A stretch of 41,648 nucleotides of DNA, taken from IMG/VR virus record IMGVR_UViG_2541047962_000003; one strand, given 5' to 3'. The translations under genes were made by a program, and so were the position numbers. This stretch comes from a virus (lineage: Duplodnaviria > Heunggongvirae > Uroviricota > Caudoviricetes). Of this stretch, positions 28,884-38,190 are shown piece by piece; position 1 is the stretch's first letter; each line of letters begins with the position of its first letter. The notes beneath the pieces were generated by a model. That model had not been told where the DNA came from. It ran no database searches and saw nothing but the letters and a program-made list of their open reading frames with translations.

Positions 28884-28985
28884 TTTTAGTGGTATTTAGC
28901 AACAACAAACGAGGTTTGTCAAATACAACAAAAATTGTTTTTAATGTGGAGATACACATTAATACAACCCAGAAGGACTAATCCC
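28884..28985. promoter_or_regulatory. Divergent immunity promoter/operator region with three palindromes
   Basis: ACAAAC-gag-GTTTGT (about 28904-28919), AACAA-aaa-TTGTT, and TTAATGTG-gagata-CACATTAA (about 28940-28961), between cro and cI. Confidence 0.55.
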
Positions 28986-29609
28986 ATGTCTCTCGCAGCC
29001 CGTTTTAAAGCACGTCGTTTGGAATTAGGAATGACTCAAGTGGAAGTAGCGAATTCTGCAGGGGTTAGCCAACAATCCATAGAATCCATCGAAAGTGGAC
29101 GAACCAGAAAGCCACGCAATCTTCTGGATCTGGCTAAGGCCTTGAAATGTAGCCCAGACTGGCTACTGAACGGTAAAAATATTATGCCTCTCGCGGAGAT
29201 AAGTACCAGACGCATACCTATATTAAGTTACGTTCAGGCAGGAGAGCTTACAGAAGCAAGAGACATAACAGATCTGACAGGGGAATTTGAATATATTTTG
29301 GCAGACTCTGACATTCCAGAAACATGCTTCGCATTACGTATCGATGGCGACAGCATGCAACCAGAGTTTAAAGAAGGAGACATTGTTATCATCGATCCTG
29401 ATCTATGTCCTGCACCAGGGGAGTTTGTTGTCGCCAAAAACGACGGTCACGAAGCTACATTTAAAAAATACCGTCCATTAGGAATCGGCATCGACGACTT
29501 TGAATTAATCCCCCTAAATCCTGATTACCCTATTTTTCGTAGTGCAGATATGAACTTACAGATCATAGGTGTAATGATCGAACACCGTATTTACCGCCGT
29601 AAACGTTAG
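28986..29609 (+). CDS. cI: CI-type repressor (N-terminal helix-turn-helix plus C-terminal LexA/S24-like autocleavage domain)
   Basis: ...QVEVANSAGVSQQSIESIE... helix-turn-helix and ...GDSMQPEF..GDIVIIDP...KK... in the C-terminal domain. ATG at 28986 preceded by GAAGGA. Confidence 0.85.
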   Translation: MSLAARFKARRLELGMTQVEVANSAGVSQQSIESIESGRTRKPRNLLDLAKALKCSPDWLLNGKNIMPLAEISTRRIPILSYVQAGELTEARDITDLTGEFEYILADSDIPETCFALRIDGDSMQPEFKEGDIVIIDPDLCPAPGEFVVAKNDGHEATFKKYRPLGIGIDDFELIPLNPDYPIFRSADMNLQIIGVMIEHRIYRRKR

Positions 29610-29931
29610 TATTCCCACCGTAAATATCGGGAGGCGTAACAGCCTCCCTTACCCCATTTGTAAAGTCTTACAAATTAAATTCACTTAAATATCAATAAAG
29701 TAGTATTCACACCCCACAAAATACCACATTTGTGGTTTACACAATACAACTCAAATTGTATCTTTAGCCACAAGTCGAACGGCGCGACTCTAAACCATGC
29801 GTCGGGACCGTGGCGGGACAGGATGTCGGCAATACGGGTCAGTAAGTTCCCTTTGGGGTGCGGCGAAGCACTGTCTACTGATACAAGTCGAAGCTGCCGA
29901 ACCACCAAAGTGAACTGAATGAGGAAACGGC

Positions 29932-30126
29932 GTGAAAACGTATAAACCGCTCAAAGGTGAATGCCCTGCTTGCCAAACACAGCTTCAGACACCAAAGCCA
30001 AAACGATACCAAATCAACGAATGTTATGAGCACTGCCCTGGATGTGGTGCTTTCCTGCATACCATTGCAACGCACTGGCGTGTCCGCTTCAACCTTGTGG
30101 TACCACGTACGCACAATACCAACTGA
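29932..30126 (+). CDS. Small zinc-ribbon protein (64 aa, two CxxC pairs)
   Basis: GTG start preceded by GAGGAAA. CPAC...CPGC motifs. Followed by a strong terminator. Confidence 0.45.
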   Translation: MKTYKPLKGECPACQTQLQTPKPKRYQINECYEHCPGCGAFLHTIATHWRVRFNLVVPRTHNTN

Positions 30127-30157
30127 ATCATCCATGTAATTGCTGTGTGTAGTCTTT

Positions 30158-30183
30158 GCCCGCCGCAAGTGACGGGCTTTTTT
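30158..30183 (+). terminator. Rho-independent terminator
   Basis: GCCCG-ccgcaagtga-CGGGC followed by TTTTTT. Confidence 0.65.
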
Positions 30184-30242
30184 ATGTCTGAAAGCGCACT
30201 CGCAACAGCGCGCTCCCCGATATGAAAAAAGGAATACAACCG

Positions 30243-30392
30243 ATGAAACCTGAACACCTCTATCGACTGACGGGGCGCGATGTTCTCCGTTATCGCCGTA
30301 AAAACTTCGATTTGATGACCGGTCTGGCCGTTGCCACTGCGCTCGGTCTGATCATCACTTTCATTCTCCTTGTAGCGAGGACCACAGTATGA
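30243..30392 (+). CDS. Small membrane protein (49 aa, C-terminal transmembrane helix); below the ORF-track size cutoff
   Basis: Hand-translated as [57 protein letters not shown] ribosome-binding site. Stop overlaps the next start. Confidence 0.4.
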   Translation: MKPEHLYRLTGRDVLRYRRKNFDLMTGLAVATALGLIITFILLVARTTV

Positions 30393-31291
30393 GTTTAGAA
30401 ACCAGTCTCGAACTTAATAATCAACTTCTGGCACAACATAATGCGCTGCTTGAACGTCTTATCCGCACAATGGCATCAGGTATTGTTATGCATCCTGACA
30501 CGATTTCACGAGTGCAGGAATGTCGGGATACAGCAACTGAAACTGAAAATATGTCAGCGGCAATGACACTGGATGATCTGGAGTTCAGCGACGTTATCGC
30601 ACTGGCTGGTTTCTACCCGGTAGCCACCCCTATCACAGAAGACATGCTGCAACGTGCTGTTGCCTACCGTGATGCTGAAGGCGATAAACGAGTAGTTCAG
30701 ATTGATGCTCTCGACAGCGCATTGCAGGGCGTCAAACGAGCCAGGGCGCTGCTTAAACCAGCTCTCCTGGACCTGTCCCGTAACATCCTTAAGTTCTGGG
30801 ACGACCTGCCAACCATCGGCGAGCGGCGTGCTTTTGCCGAGCAGCTACTTGATGCACCTGCGGATGGGCGTGATGAAGTTAAGCCGAAAAAGGCCAGTAA
30901 CAAAGATGGAGAACGCACGGGGCCGTTTTACGTCAAAAATGTATCCGGCACAGCAGCCAGTGAACTCCACACCTTACGCAAGTTGAACGAGATGCTGAAA
31001 AAAGGCCATATCGAGATCAACCGTGTTGAGTACCTTCAGCTGCAGGAAGAATTTGCACGCAGAGACGCAGCAAATTCCAGCCAGAATAATGACGCCAAAG
31101 ATGACCATACAATTGATTTCGCGGCACTACGCAAACAAGCTGAAGGGTTGATCCTCCAGTTAGCAAAAGGGGGTTACCGGGCAGAAGCTATTGCAATTCT
31201 GGAAAAACAGGGAGCCAGGAAACTTGGTGAAGTAACGGATGAAAATCTCGCTGAAGTAATCACCCTGGCTGAAAAAGCACTGGAGGGTTAA
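30389..31291 (+). CDS. Hypothetical early protein (300 aa)
   Basis: First large ORF of the + strand early operon. No domain recognised. Confidence 0.55.
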   Translation: MSLETSLELNNQLLAQHNALLERLIRTMASGIVMHPDTISRVQECRDTATETENMSAAMTLDDLEFSDVIALAGFYPVATPITEDMLQRAVAYRDAEGDKRVVQIDALDSALQGVKRARALLKPALLDLSRNILKFWDDLPTIGERRAFAEQLLDAPADGRDEVKPKKASNKDGERTGPFYVKNVSGTAASELHTLRKLNEMLKKGHIEINRVEYLQLQEEFARRDAANSSQNNDAKDDHTIDFAALRKQAEGLILQLAKGGYRAEAIAILEKQGARKLGEVTDENLAEVITLAEKALEG

Positions 31292-31293
31292 TC

Positions 31294-32595
31294 ATGCCAG
31301 ACGTTCATGCACAACTTTCTCCATCATCAGCGCATCGATGGATGCGCTGCCCAGGAAGTCTGGCGCTGGAGGCTACACAACCGGATAAAGAAACAACTTT
31401 TGCAATCGAGGGCACTGCAGCGCACGCGCTTGCTGAAAAAGTTCTACGAAACAGGCAAAGCCATCCGGAACACTACGCCGGATGCAATGTTTCTATGTTT
31501 CTCGGCTCATACCCCCTTCGCGAAAATCCTGATGATACATCTGGCCCACAGGTGGATGATGAAATGGTCGAAGCCGTTGGCCGGTATGTTGATACGGTCT
31601 GGACTCTTGCACAGAATAATGAACTATTGGTTGAACAACGTGTTGATTTCTCACATATAACGGGTGTGGAAGAATCTTTCGGAACTGCCGACGGCATAAT
31701 CATCGCGGGTAACGAATTACAAATCCACGACCTGAAATATGGCAAAGGCGTCCGCATTGATGCAGAACAAAATGAGCAACTACAACTGTATGCTCTGGGT
31801 GCGCTCGAACAATTCAGCATGCTGTATGACTTTGAGACTGTAAGATTATTTATTCACCAGCCAAGGCTCAACCACGTTTCAGAATGGTCGTTAACCGTAC
31901 AGGAACTTCAGTCTTTCGGTGAACGGGCACAGGAGGCCGCAACCAGTGCGATCCTTGTTCTCAATATTGCTGAATGCGAAGGCATTGAGACACTACCGCT
32001 GGAAAACTTCATACCTGGAGAAAAACAGTGCCGCTTCTGTAAAGCAAAAGCTATTTGCACTGCCCAGAAAATGCAGCATTTACAAACAGCGGCCAGCGAT
32101 TTTGAAGATCTGACAAAGCCTGTCAGCGAAATAATCACCAATGCCAGTGCACGTGTACCTCTGTTAACCATTGAGCAGCTTGCGGAGATCTATAGCCAGG
32201 CCGACTTTATTGAATCCTGGCTAAAGGCAGTACGGGACCGGGTTCACAATGAACTCAATGCCGGACATCCGGTACCGGGGTTTAAACTGGTAACAGGAAA
32301 ACAAGGTAACCGGGCCTGGATTGATGAAGAGGCAGCTCGCGCACTTCTGAAGGACCAGTTCAGGTACAAAACTGAAGAAGTATTCGACTTTAAACTTATT
32401 AGTCCCACAAAAGCCGAAAAACTTATCAAAAAGGCCAGTCCGCGCCGTTGGTCAAAAGTCGAGGCACTGATAACACGAGCTGATGGTAAACCCACCGTCG
32501 TTCCCGAGTCAGACCCACGCCCCGCACTCAATATCAACCCTGTAAATGATTTCGACGACGTATCCGACGATACGCTAACCGCAGACCTCATCTGA
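31294..32595 (+). CDS. DUF2800-like PD-(D/E)XK nuclease (Cas4/RecB-like fold)
   Basis: N-terminal ...[15 protein letters not shown]... signature and clustered C-terminal cysteines. Confidence 0.6.
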   Translation: MPDVHAQLSPSSAHRWMRCPGSLALEATQPDKETTFAIEGTAAHALAEKVLRNRQSHPEHYAGCNVSMFLGSYPLRENPDDTSGPQVDDEMVEAVGRYVDTVWTLAQNNELLVEQRVDFSHITGVEESFGTADGIIIAGNELQIHDLKYGKGVRIDAEQNEQLQLYALGALEQFSMLYDFETVRLFIHQPRLNHVSEWSLTVQELQSFGERAQEAATSAILVLNIAECEGIETLPLENFIPGEKQCRFCKAKAICTAQKMQHLQTAASDFEDLTKPVSEIITNASARVPLLTIEQLAEIYSQADFIESWLKAVRDRVHNELNAGHPVPGFKLVTGKQGNRAWIDEEAARALLKDQFRYKTEEVFDFKLISPTKAEKLIKKASPRRWSKVEALITRADGKPTVVPESDPRPALNINPVNDFDDVSDDTLTADLI

Positions 32596-32610
32596 TTTAA
32601 GGAAATACCC

Positions 32611-33159
32611 ATGAAACTGAAGCTGAACAATGTTCGTCTGGCCTTCCCGTCTCTGTTTGAAGCTAAAACAGTAAACGGCGAAGGCGATCCACGTTTCTCC
32701 GCAGTATTTTTAATGTCACCCAAACACCCACAACTGGAAGAAATCCGTAAAGCTATGAAGCAGGTAGCGAAGGAAAAATGGGGGGAGAAGTGGGAGTCCA
32801 TTTATAACCAGCTGGAGAAAAAACTCAATCTGTGCCTGCATGATGGTGATGAAAAAGCAGAGTATGAAGGCTTTCCCGGCAATTTCTTCCTGAACGCTGC
32901 TAACAAAGCGCGCCCAGCTGTTCTTGATCGCGATCGTTCGCCACTAATTCAGGCTGATGGACGTCCCTATGCAGGGTGCTATGTAAACGCCGTTATCGAT
33001 ATCTGGGCACAGGACAATAATTTCGGTAAACGCATTAATGCCTCACTCGGAGGAGTCCAGTTCCTGCGAGACGGCGATGCATTCGCTGGCGGCGGAGTGG
33101 CAAGCGCTGACGATTTCGACGATATCAGCGAAGGTGCTGATGCTGAAGCACTAATTTAA
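32611..33159 (+). CDS. DUF2815-like single-stranded DNA-binding protein
   Basis: 182 aa with acidic C-terminal tail (…DDFDDISEGADAEALI), between the nuclease and polymerase genes. Confidence 0.5.
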   Translation: MKLKLNNVRLAFPSLFEAKTVNGEGDPRFSAVFLMSPKHPQLEEIRKAMKQVAKEKWGEKWESIYNQLEKKLNLCLHDGDEKAEYEGFPGNFFLNAANKARPAVLDRDRSPLIQADGRPYAGCYVNAVIDIWAQDNNFGKRINASLGGVQFLRDGDAFAGGGVASADDFDDISEGADAEALI

Positions 33160-33210
33160 AAATATTCATCCCCCAGCTACGTGCTGGGGTATCTCATGAG
33201 GGAAAGAATA

Positions 33211-33852
33211 ATGTCACAGCCCGTATTAACTAATCACCTTAAAACTCAAATCATCAATAACGCACTTGAGAAAGCGGGTATCCCCAAACGTAAATCAGCA
33301 CTACGAGCTGCTCGTGTTGAATGGGCCGAACGTGTTCGGCTTGCAGCTATCGGGGGCGTAGAGAAAGAAGCTGAAATATTAAAAAATATAAAAAAGATTG
33401 AATCCATGGTAACAAAAATCCCTGATTCATTAAAAACCAATAGTTCTTTAATTCGAAAAGATTGCTGCATATATCTCAATCTGGCTGGAGCCAGAGCAAA
33501 CATTTATTTCAATGGCAACTACAGAGGTTATGAATCAGGAGCCCCCGAGCATATTAATAAAATAGCACCTGCAGAATTTACTCTACTTGGCGAAGATCCT
33601 CTGGTAACGGAGTTTTATAGCTTTGATGCTCTCTACACACAAATTAAAAGTGATGAAACCGAAATCATACAGAACGTCAGCGCGGCTCTAAATAAAGTTC
33701 GGACAGTAAAACGATTACTGGATGTATGGCCCGAAGCTAAAGAACTGCTTCCAACAGACGCACCGCCAGTCCCTTTAGCACCAGCAGTACATCGAGAGAC
33801 ATTAAATGAAATGATAGGCCTTCCTACCAATACAGTGTCTGATACTCAATAA
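33211..33852 (+). CDS. Hypothetical protein, AT-rich
   Basis: ATG at 33211 preceded by GAGGGAAAG. No domain recognised. Confidence 0.5.
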   Translation: MSQPVLTNHLKTQIINNALEKAGIPKRKSALRAARVEWAERVRLAAIGGVEKEAEILKNIKKIESMVTKIPDSLKTNSSLIRKDCCIYLNLAGARANIYFNGNYRGYESGAPEHINKIAPAEFTLLGEDPLVTEFYSFDALYTQIKSDETEIIQNVSAALNKVRTVKRLLDVWPEAKELLPTDAPPVPLAPAVHRETLNEMIGLPTNTVSDTQ

Positions 33853-34535
33853 CAAGGGGGATGCTTATTATATGATTTTGAACGTTTTACAATCTCGTTA
33901 AGAGGCGTGAAATCAAAATCTCTGAATAACACATCAGGATACTTCGCTCTTGCTTTATCCAGCAAACCAGTTAAAGTATTTTTTGTGTTACCCAACATTG
34001 TATTAACCGCCACTACATGTCTAATTTCTGGAGGTTTATCTATACCACCAGAAATTGCTTCATTAAGAACCGACGCCAGTGGGGTTTGTCCCTTACTTGT
34101 TGAATCCCACAGCGTCATTAACAGACGAGCTGCGTCTATAAATAGCTTTTTGTCAGCATTTGGCTTGACAGTAATACCAGAACTACCTGAGCCAGAACCG
34201 GAACGTTCTATTGCTGCACTGGTATCCGATTTCATAGGATTAAATAACGGCAGCTCTGTACAACCGATACGCCGAATGAAATCCTTTGCAACATCTCTAC
34301 CACAGAAAAAAGCCCCTGTACAATTTTCATCAGAGCGTTTTTTAAATGAAAAACAATAGTACTGATCGGTTAACGGATAACCGGAATAACTGGTTTTAGT
34401 TTGTCCAGTAATAAGTTTCAGGTGTGCAACAGGCTGAATAATAAAATCCCGAACTATCGCATCTTTTATGTCGTTACCACGGTGACAATAATATTCAGGT
34501 AATCCATTAGGCTGTCTCTTATTACCCACAGTCAT
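33846..34535 (-). CDS. Hypothetical protein (229 aa) with Cys/His-rich N-terminal region and Ser/Gly linker; antisense to the early operon
   Basis: AT-rich. Convergent with the preceding gene (7-bp overlap). Divergent AT-rich promoter region shared with the polymerase gene. Confidence 0.5.
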   Translation of the reverse strand: MTVGNKRQPNGLPEYYCHRGNDIKDAIVRDFIIQPVAHLKLITGQTKTSYSGYPLTDQYYCFSFKKRSDENCTGAFFCGRDVAKDFIRRIGCTELPLFNPMKSDTSAAIERSGSGSGSSGITVKPNADKKLFIDAARLLMTLWDSTSKGQTPLASVLNEAISGGIDKPPEIRHVVAVNTMLGNTKNTLTGLLDKARAKYPDVLFRDFDFTPLNEIVKRSKSYNKHPPCY

Positions 34536-34596
34536 TAGTTGTCTCCTTTAATTCATGATATCTAGCATTTAACCATATACCATATGAGGATATTTT

Positions 34597-36660
34597 ATGT
34601 CCAATATACTATGGGGCGACCTGGAAACCTATTGTGACATTCCGATCAACAACGGTACCCATGCGTATGCCGAAGGCGTTGAAGTGATGCTTTTCGCATG
34701 GGCTATCAACGACGGGCCAGTAAACGTGTGGGATATCACTGCCGGTGGTGGTATTCCACACGGCTTATACGAAGCAATCGCAGACCCTGAAACCCTGCTT
34801 TATTTCCATAACTCTCACTTCGACCGCACCGTTCTGCGTTATGCAATGCCGCGACTGGCACCGCCAGTCGAACGTTGGCGCGACACGATGGTGCAGGCGC
34901 TGGCGCACGGTCTCCCGGGGTCTCTGGGGGAACTCTGCGAAGTACTAGGCGTCCCGCAAGACAAAGCGAAGGACAAAGAAGGTAAAGCGCTGATCCAGCT
35001 GTTCTGTAAGCCACGCCCGAAAAACAGCAAACTGCGTCGGGCCACCAGTAAAACCCACCCGGAAGAATGGCGGCGCTTTGTTGCTTACGCCGGACTGGAT
35101 ATCGAGGCAATGCGCGAAGTCTATAAACGTCTGCCGAAGTGGAATTATCAGGGGACAGAACTGGCGCTCTGGCATCGTGATCAGCAGATCAATGACCGGG
35201 GCGTCTGCATGGACATGCAACTCGCACGCGCTGCGATCGAAGCGGTAGACCAGGAACAAAAGCGCCTAGCAAAGCGTACACAGGAAATGACTGATGGCGA
35301 AGTGCAGGCAGCCACACAACGAGACGCGTTGATTAAGCACATTGTTGAATCCTACGGTGTGGAGCTACCAGACATGCAACGCAGTACTCTGGAACGTCGT
35401 ATTGCCGACCCCGATTTACCATCTGCCGTGAAAGAACTGCTGGCTATCCGCCTGCAGGCCAGTACTACCAGCACCAGTAAATACAAGGCACTGATGAAAG
35501 GCGTAAGCCACGACGGGCGCTTACGCGGTACGCTACAGTTCTGCGGGGCGTCACGTACCGGTCGTTGGGCCGGACGGCTATTCCAGCCCCAGAACCTTCC
35601 CCGCCCTTCACTAAAACAGGAACAAATAGACGAAGGCATCGAAGCACTGAAAGCCGGATGTGCAGACCTGCTGTTTGACAATATCATGGAACTAACCAGT
35701 TCAGCGTTACGTGGCTGCATTATCGCGCCAACAGGCAAAAAGCTGGTGGTAAGTGACTTGTCGAACATTGAAGGCCGTATGCTGGCATGGCTGGCGGGAG
35801 AAGAATGGAAACTGAATGCATTCAGAGAGTACGACGCCGGAACGGGTCCGGACTTATATAAACTGGCGTATGCAAAAGCTTTCGATATTGCACCAGATGA
35901 TGTTGATAAACACATGCGTCAGATCGGTAAAGTCATGGAACTCGGTCTGGGTTATGGTGGTGGTGTGTCGGCCTTCATCACTTTTGCACTGGTTTACGGT
36001 CTCGATCTCGACGAGCTGGCGAACGCCGCACTACCAAACATTCCCCGCGATGTTATCCGCGAGGCGAAAAGCTGGTACGACGAATCGGTTAAACGCAAGT
36101 CAACCTACGGGCTTTCTGAACGGGTATTTATCGCCTGCGACTCACTTAAACGTCTCTGGCGCAGGGCGCACCCGGCGACCTGCGATTTCTGGTACGAACT
36201 GGAGCGCACCGTCCGCACAGCAATCGCCACACCGCAAAAAACATTGTATTGCGGCTATCTTAAAATCCGACGTGATGGCGCGTGGCTGCGCATACAGCTA
36301 CCATCCGGACGCGCTGTATGCTACCCGTCTCCGGTTATCGAAAAAGGGAATATCACCTACATGGGTGTTAACTCTTATTCGCGTAAATGGCAACGACTCA
36401 AAACCTACGGCGGAAAGCTGGTGGAGAACGTCACCCAGGCAGCCGCCCGCGACGTTCTGGCCGGAAACATGCCGCTTATCGAAGATGCCGGTTACAGCAT
36501 TGTGTTGACGGTACACGACGAGGTGATCACCGAAGCACCTGACACAGAAGATTTCAACGATAAAGCGCTTTCCGCGCTTCTCTCCACTAACCCCGAATGG
36601 GCACCCGATATCCCACTGAACGCTGGCGGTTTTGAGGCGTACCACTACCGTAAGGATTAA
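34597..36660 (+). CDS. Family A DNA polymerase with 3'-5' exonuclease domain
   Basis: ...GDLETYCD... exonuclease motif, ...[16 protein letters not shown]... motif B-like, ...VHDEV... motif C. Confidence 0.85.
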   Translation: MSNILWGDLETYCDIPINNGTHAYAEGVEVMLFAWAINDGPVNVWDITAGGGIPHGLYEAIADPETLLYFHNSHFDRTVLRYAMPRLAPPVERWRDTMVQALAHGLPGSLGELCEVLGVPQDKAKDKEGKALIQLFCKPRPKNSKLRRATSKTHPEEWRRFVAYAGLDIEAMREVYKRLPKWNYQGTELALWHRDQQINDRGVCMDMQLARAAIEAVDQEQKRLAKRTQEMTDGEVQAATQRDALIKHIVESYGVELPDMQRSTLERRIADPDLPSAVKELLAIRLQASTTSTSKYKALMKGVSHDGRLRGTLQFCGASRTGRWAGRLFQPQNLPRPSLKQEQIDEGIEALKAGCADLLFDNIMELTSSALRGCIIAPTGKKLVVSDLSNIEGRMLAWLAGEEWKLNAFREYDAGTGPDLYKLAYAKAFDIAPDDVDKHMRQIGKVMELGLGYGGGVSAFITFALVYGLDLDELANAALPNIPRDVIREAKSWYDESVKRKSTYGLSERVFIACDSLKRLWRRAHPATCDFWYELERTVRTAIATPQKTLYCGYLKIRRDGAWLRIQLPSGRAVCYPSPVIEKGNITYMGVNSYSRKWQRLKTYGGKLVENVTQAAARDVLAGNMPLIEDAGYSIVLTVHDEVITEAPDTEDFNDKALSALLSTNPEWAPDIPLNAGGFEAYHYRKD

Positions 36661-36665
36661 CTCCT

Positions 36666-36881
36666 ATGTCATTTAAATACCGGGACAATCCACTTTATTA
36701 CAGGGCCGCAAGGGAGGCTTTGCGACTTGAACAATCCGGCGAATATGACCGGGCAGCGAAGGTCTGGGCAAAAGCCAACCGCGAATCACATCACGAATTG
36801 AATCAGGAATGGAGTGAACGCAGATCTGATTTTTGCCTGATGCAGAATATGCGTGAAAAGCGTAAGGTGGTCGAAGAATGA
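36666..36881 (+). CDS. Small hypothetical protein (71 aa)
   Basis: ORF translationally coupled to the downstream gene. Confidence 0.4.
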   Translation: MSFKYRDNPLYYRAAREALRLEQSGEYDRAAKVWAKANRESHHELNQEWSERRSDFCLMQNMREKRKVVEE

Positions 36882-37177
36882 TCGTTTACGTTGCCGGGCC
36901 GATGAGCGGTTACGAGCAATTTAACCGCCCGGCTTTTCATTCCGCAGCAAAGAGGCTAACGGACAAGGGATATGTTGTGCTTAACCCCGCAACTTTACCC
37001 GATGGTTTGACACAGGCTCAGTACATGGACATCTGCCTCGCCATGCTTCGCTGTGCCGATACGATTTATATGCTCAAAGAGTGGGAGTACTCTGCCGGCG
37101 CACGTGCAGAAAACGCGTTGGCAGAGAAACTGGAATTGAATGTGCTTTTTGAAGAGTGGGATTCAGATGGCCTATGA
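36878..37177 (+). CDS. DUF4406-like (nucleoside 2-deoxyribosyltransferase-like) protein
   Basis: ...VYVAGPMSGYEQFNRPAFHSAAKRL...VLNPA... matches the family signature as recalled. Confidence 0.55.
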   Translation: MIVYVAGPMSGYEQFNRPAFHSAAKRLTDKGYVVLNPATLPDGLTQAQYMDICLAMLRCADTIYMLKEWEYSAGARAENALAEKLELNVLFEEWDSDGL

Positions 37178-37436
37178 ACGTGAAAGCCTTATCGAAAAGC
37201 ACCTCGTCGCTGAAGTGAAAAAAGCTGGCGGAGTGGCCTTTAAGTTTGTATCTCCCGGTCACCGCTCGGTACCGGATCGCATTGTCCTGCTACCCGGTGG
37301 TCGTATCGTTTTCGTTGAATGTAAATCCCCCGGCAAACCACCACGGCCTGACCAGTTGCGCGAGCATGAACGTCTGCGAAAGCTGGGCTTTACCGTGGTA
37401 GTACTGGATAGCAAAAATTTAGAGGGGATATTGTGA
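37167..37436 (+). CDS. VRR-NUC domain nuclease
   Basis: ...GRIVFVECKSPGKPPRPDQ... motif. ATG overlaps the upstream stop. Confidence 0.65.
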   Translation: MAYERESLIEKHLVAEVKKAGGVAFKFVSPGHRSVPDRIVLLPGGRIVFVECKSPGKPPRPDQLREHERLRKLGFTVVVLDSKNLEGIL

Positions 37437-37441
37437 GACAA

Positions 37442-38167
37442 TCATTCTGAGCGATTTTTCTTGAGCTTAGAAGCTTTTAAAAAACATACTTTTAGTTGTT
37501 GTGTTTCTTTTATGCTTACAGGAATTAATTTCCCCTCAATTCCTTCGACACTCATAAATTCAGAGCTATTTTTTTTACAGTTCCCCAAGACAAATTTTCC
37601 GTTATAGCTTTCGATAATATAAGCATCATATTTTTTAGAATAAAAAAGAGGCTCATCTGATAAGTATGCCCATGCCCACCCAAGGACTGAAGGAAGCATT
37701 GCTATGGATATAAAAAACATAACCCCATGAGTTTTGTTTTTTATTCTAAATTCATTCCTAATAAAAACAGATACTGCCCTGACACTGATAGGGCTAATAA
37801 ATCCCAATAGTATTGCTTGGGTAGCCACATCCCTTATGGATTTTTCATAAAGGTATGAGCTACCGCCATATAAATACATTGTCCAGTATGAAAGCAAAGA
37901 GGCCAAAATGAAGAAAAATAAATACACCCCCCATGGAATATTCTTCTCTTCAGTATCAATATGCAGCAAAGCGACTAAGGTGCACAAAAGTCCTAATGCA
38001 ATAACAGAAAACTTAACTATTTCCTCAATCCCAATAGAAATAAAACTTACAGGGAATCCATAAAATGAGCTGTATCCTTTGTAAAAAGAAAAAGCCATAA
38101 AATAAAGGGCGGCCAAGAGAACCGTTGTAATTGATAAATCTTTTACATTCATGATGTTCAAGAGCAC
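37442..38167 (-). CDS. Polytopic membrane protein (241 aa), very AT-rich, antisense to the early operon
   Basis: Four to six hydrophobic helices. Inserted between the VRR-NUC and SNF2 genes on the opposite strand. Confidence 0.55.
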   Translation of the reverse strand: MLLNIMNVKDLSITTVLLAALYFMAFSFYKGYSSFYGFPVSFISIGIEEIVKFSVIALGLLCTLVALLHIDTEEKNIPWGVYLFFFILASLLSYWTMYLYGGSSYLYEKSIRDVATQAILLGFISPISVRAVSVFIRNEFRIKNKTHGVMFFISIAMLPSVLGWAWAYLSDEPLFYSKKYDAYIIESYNGKFVLGNCKKNSSEFMSVEGIEGKLIPVSIKETQQLKVCFLKASKLKKNRSE

Positions 38168-38190
38168 CTTTCTAATCAGGGATTTTCTTC

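Noticed and set aside
29681-29918. 75-aa minus-strand and 62-aa + strand ORFs in the region downstream of cI
   Set aside because: They overlap each other and the palindromic region and have no ribosome-binding sites. The region is more likely regulatory or RNA-coding.
29780-29930. Possible tRNA or tmRNA-like gene in the structured region downstream of cI
   Set aside because: I could not build a cloverleaf with a T-loop (GTTCRANYC) and a 7-bp acceptor stem. It is kept only as unassigned structured non-coding sequence.
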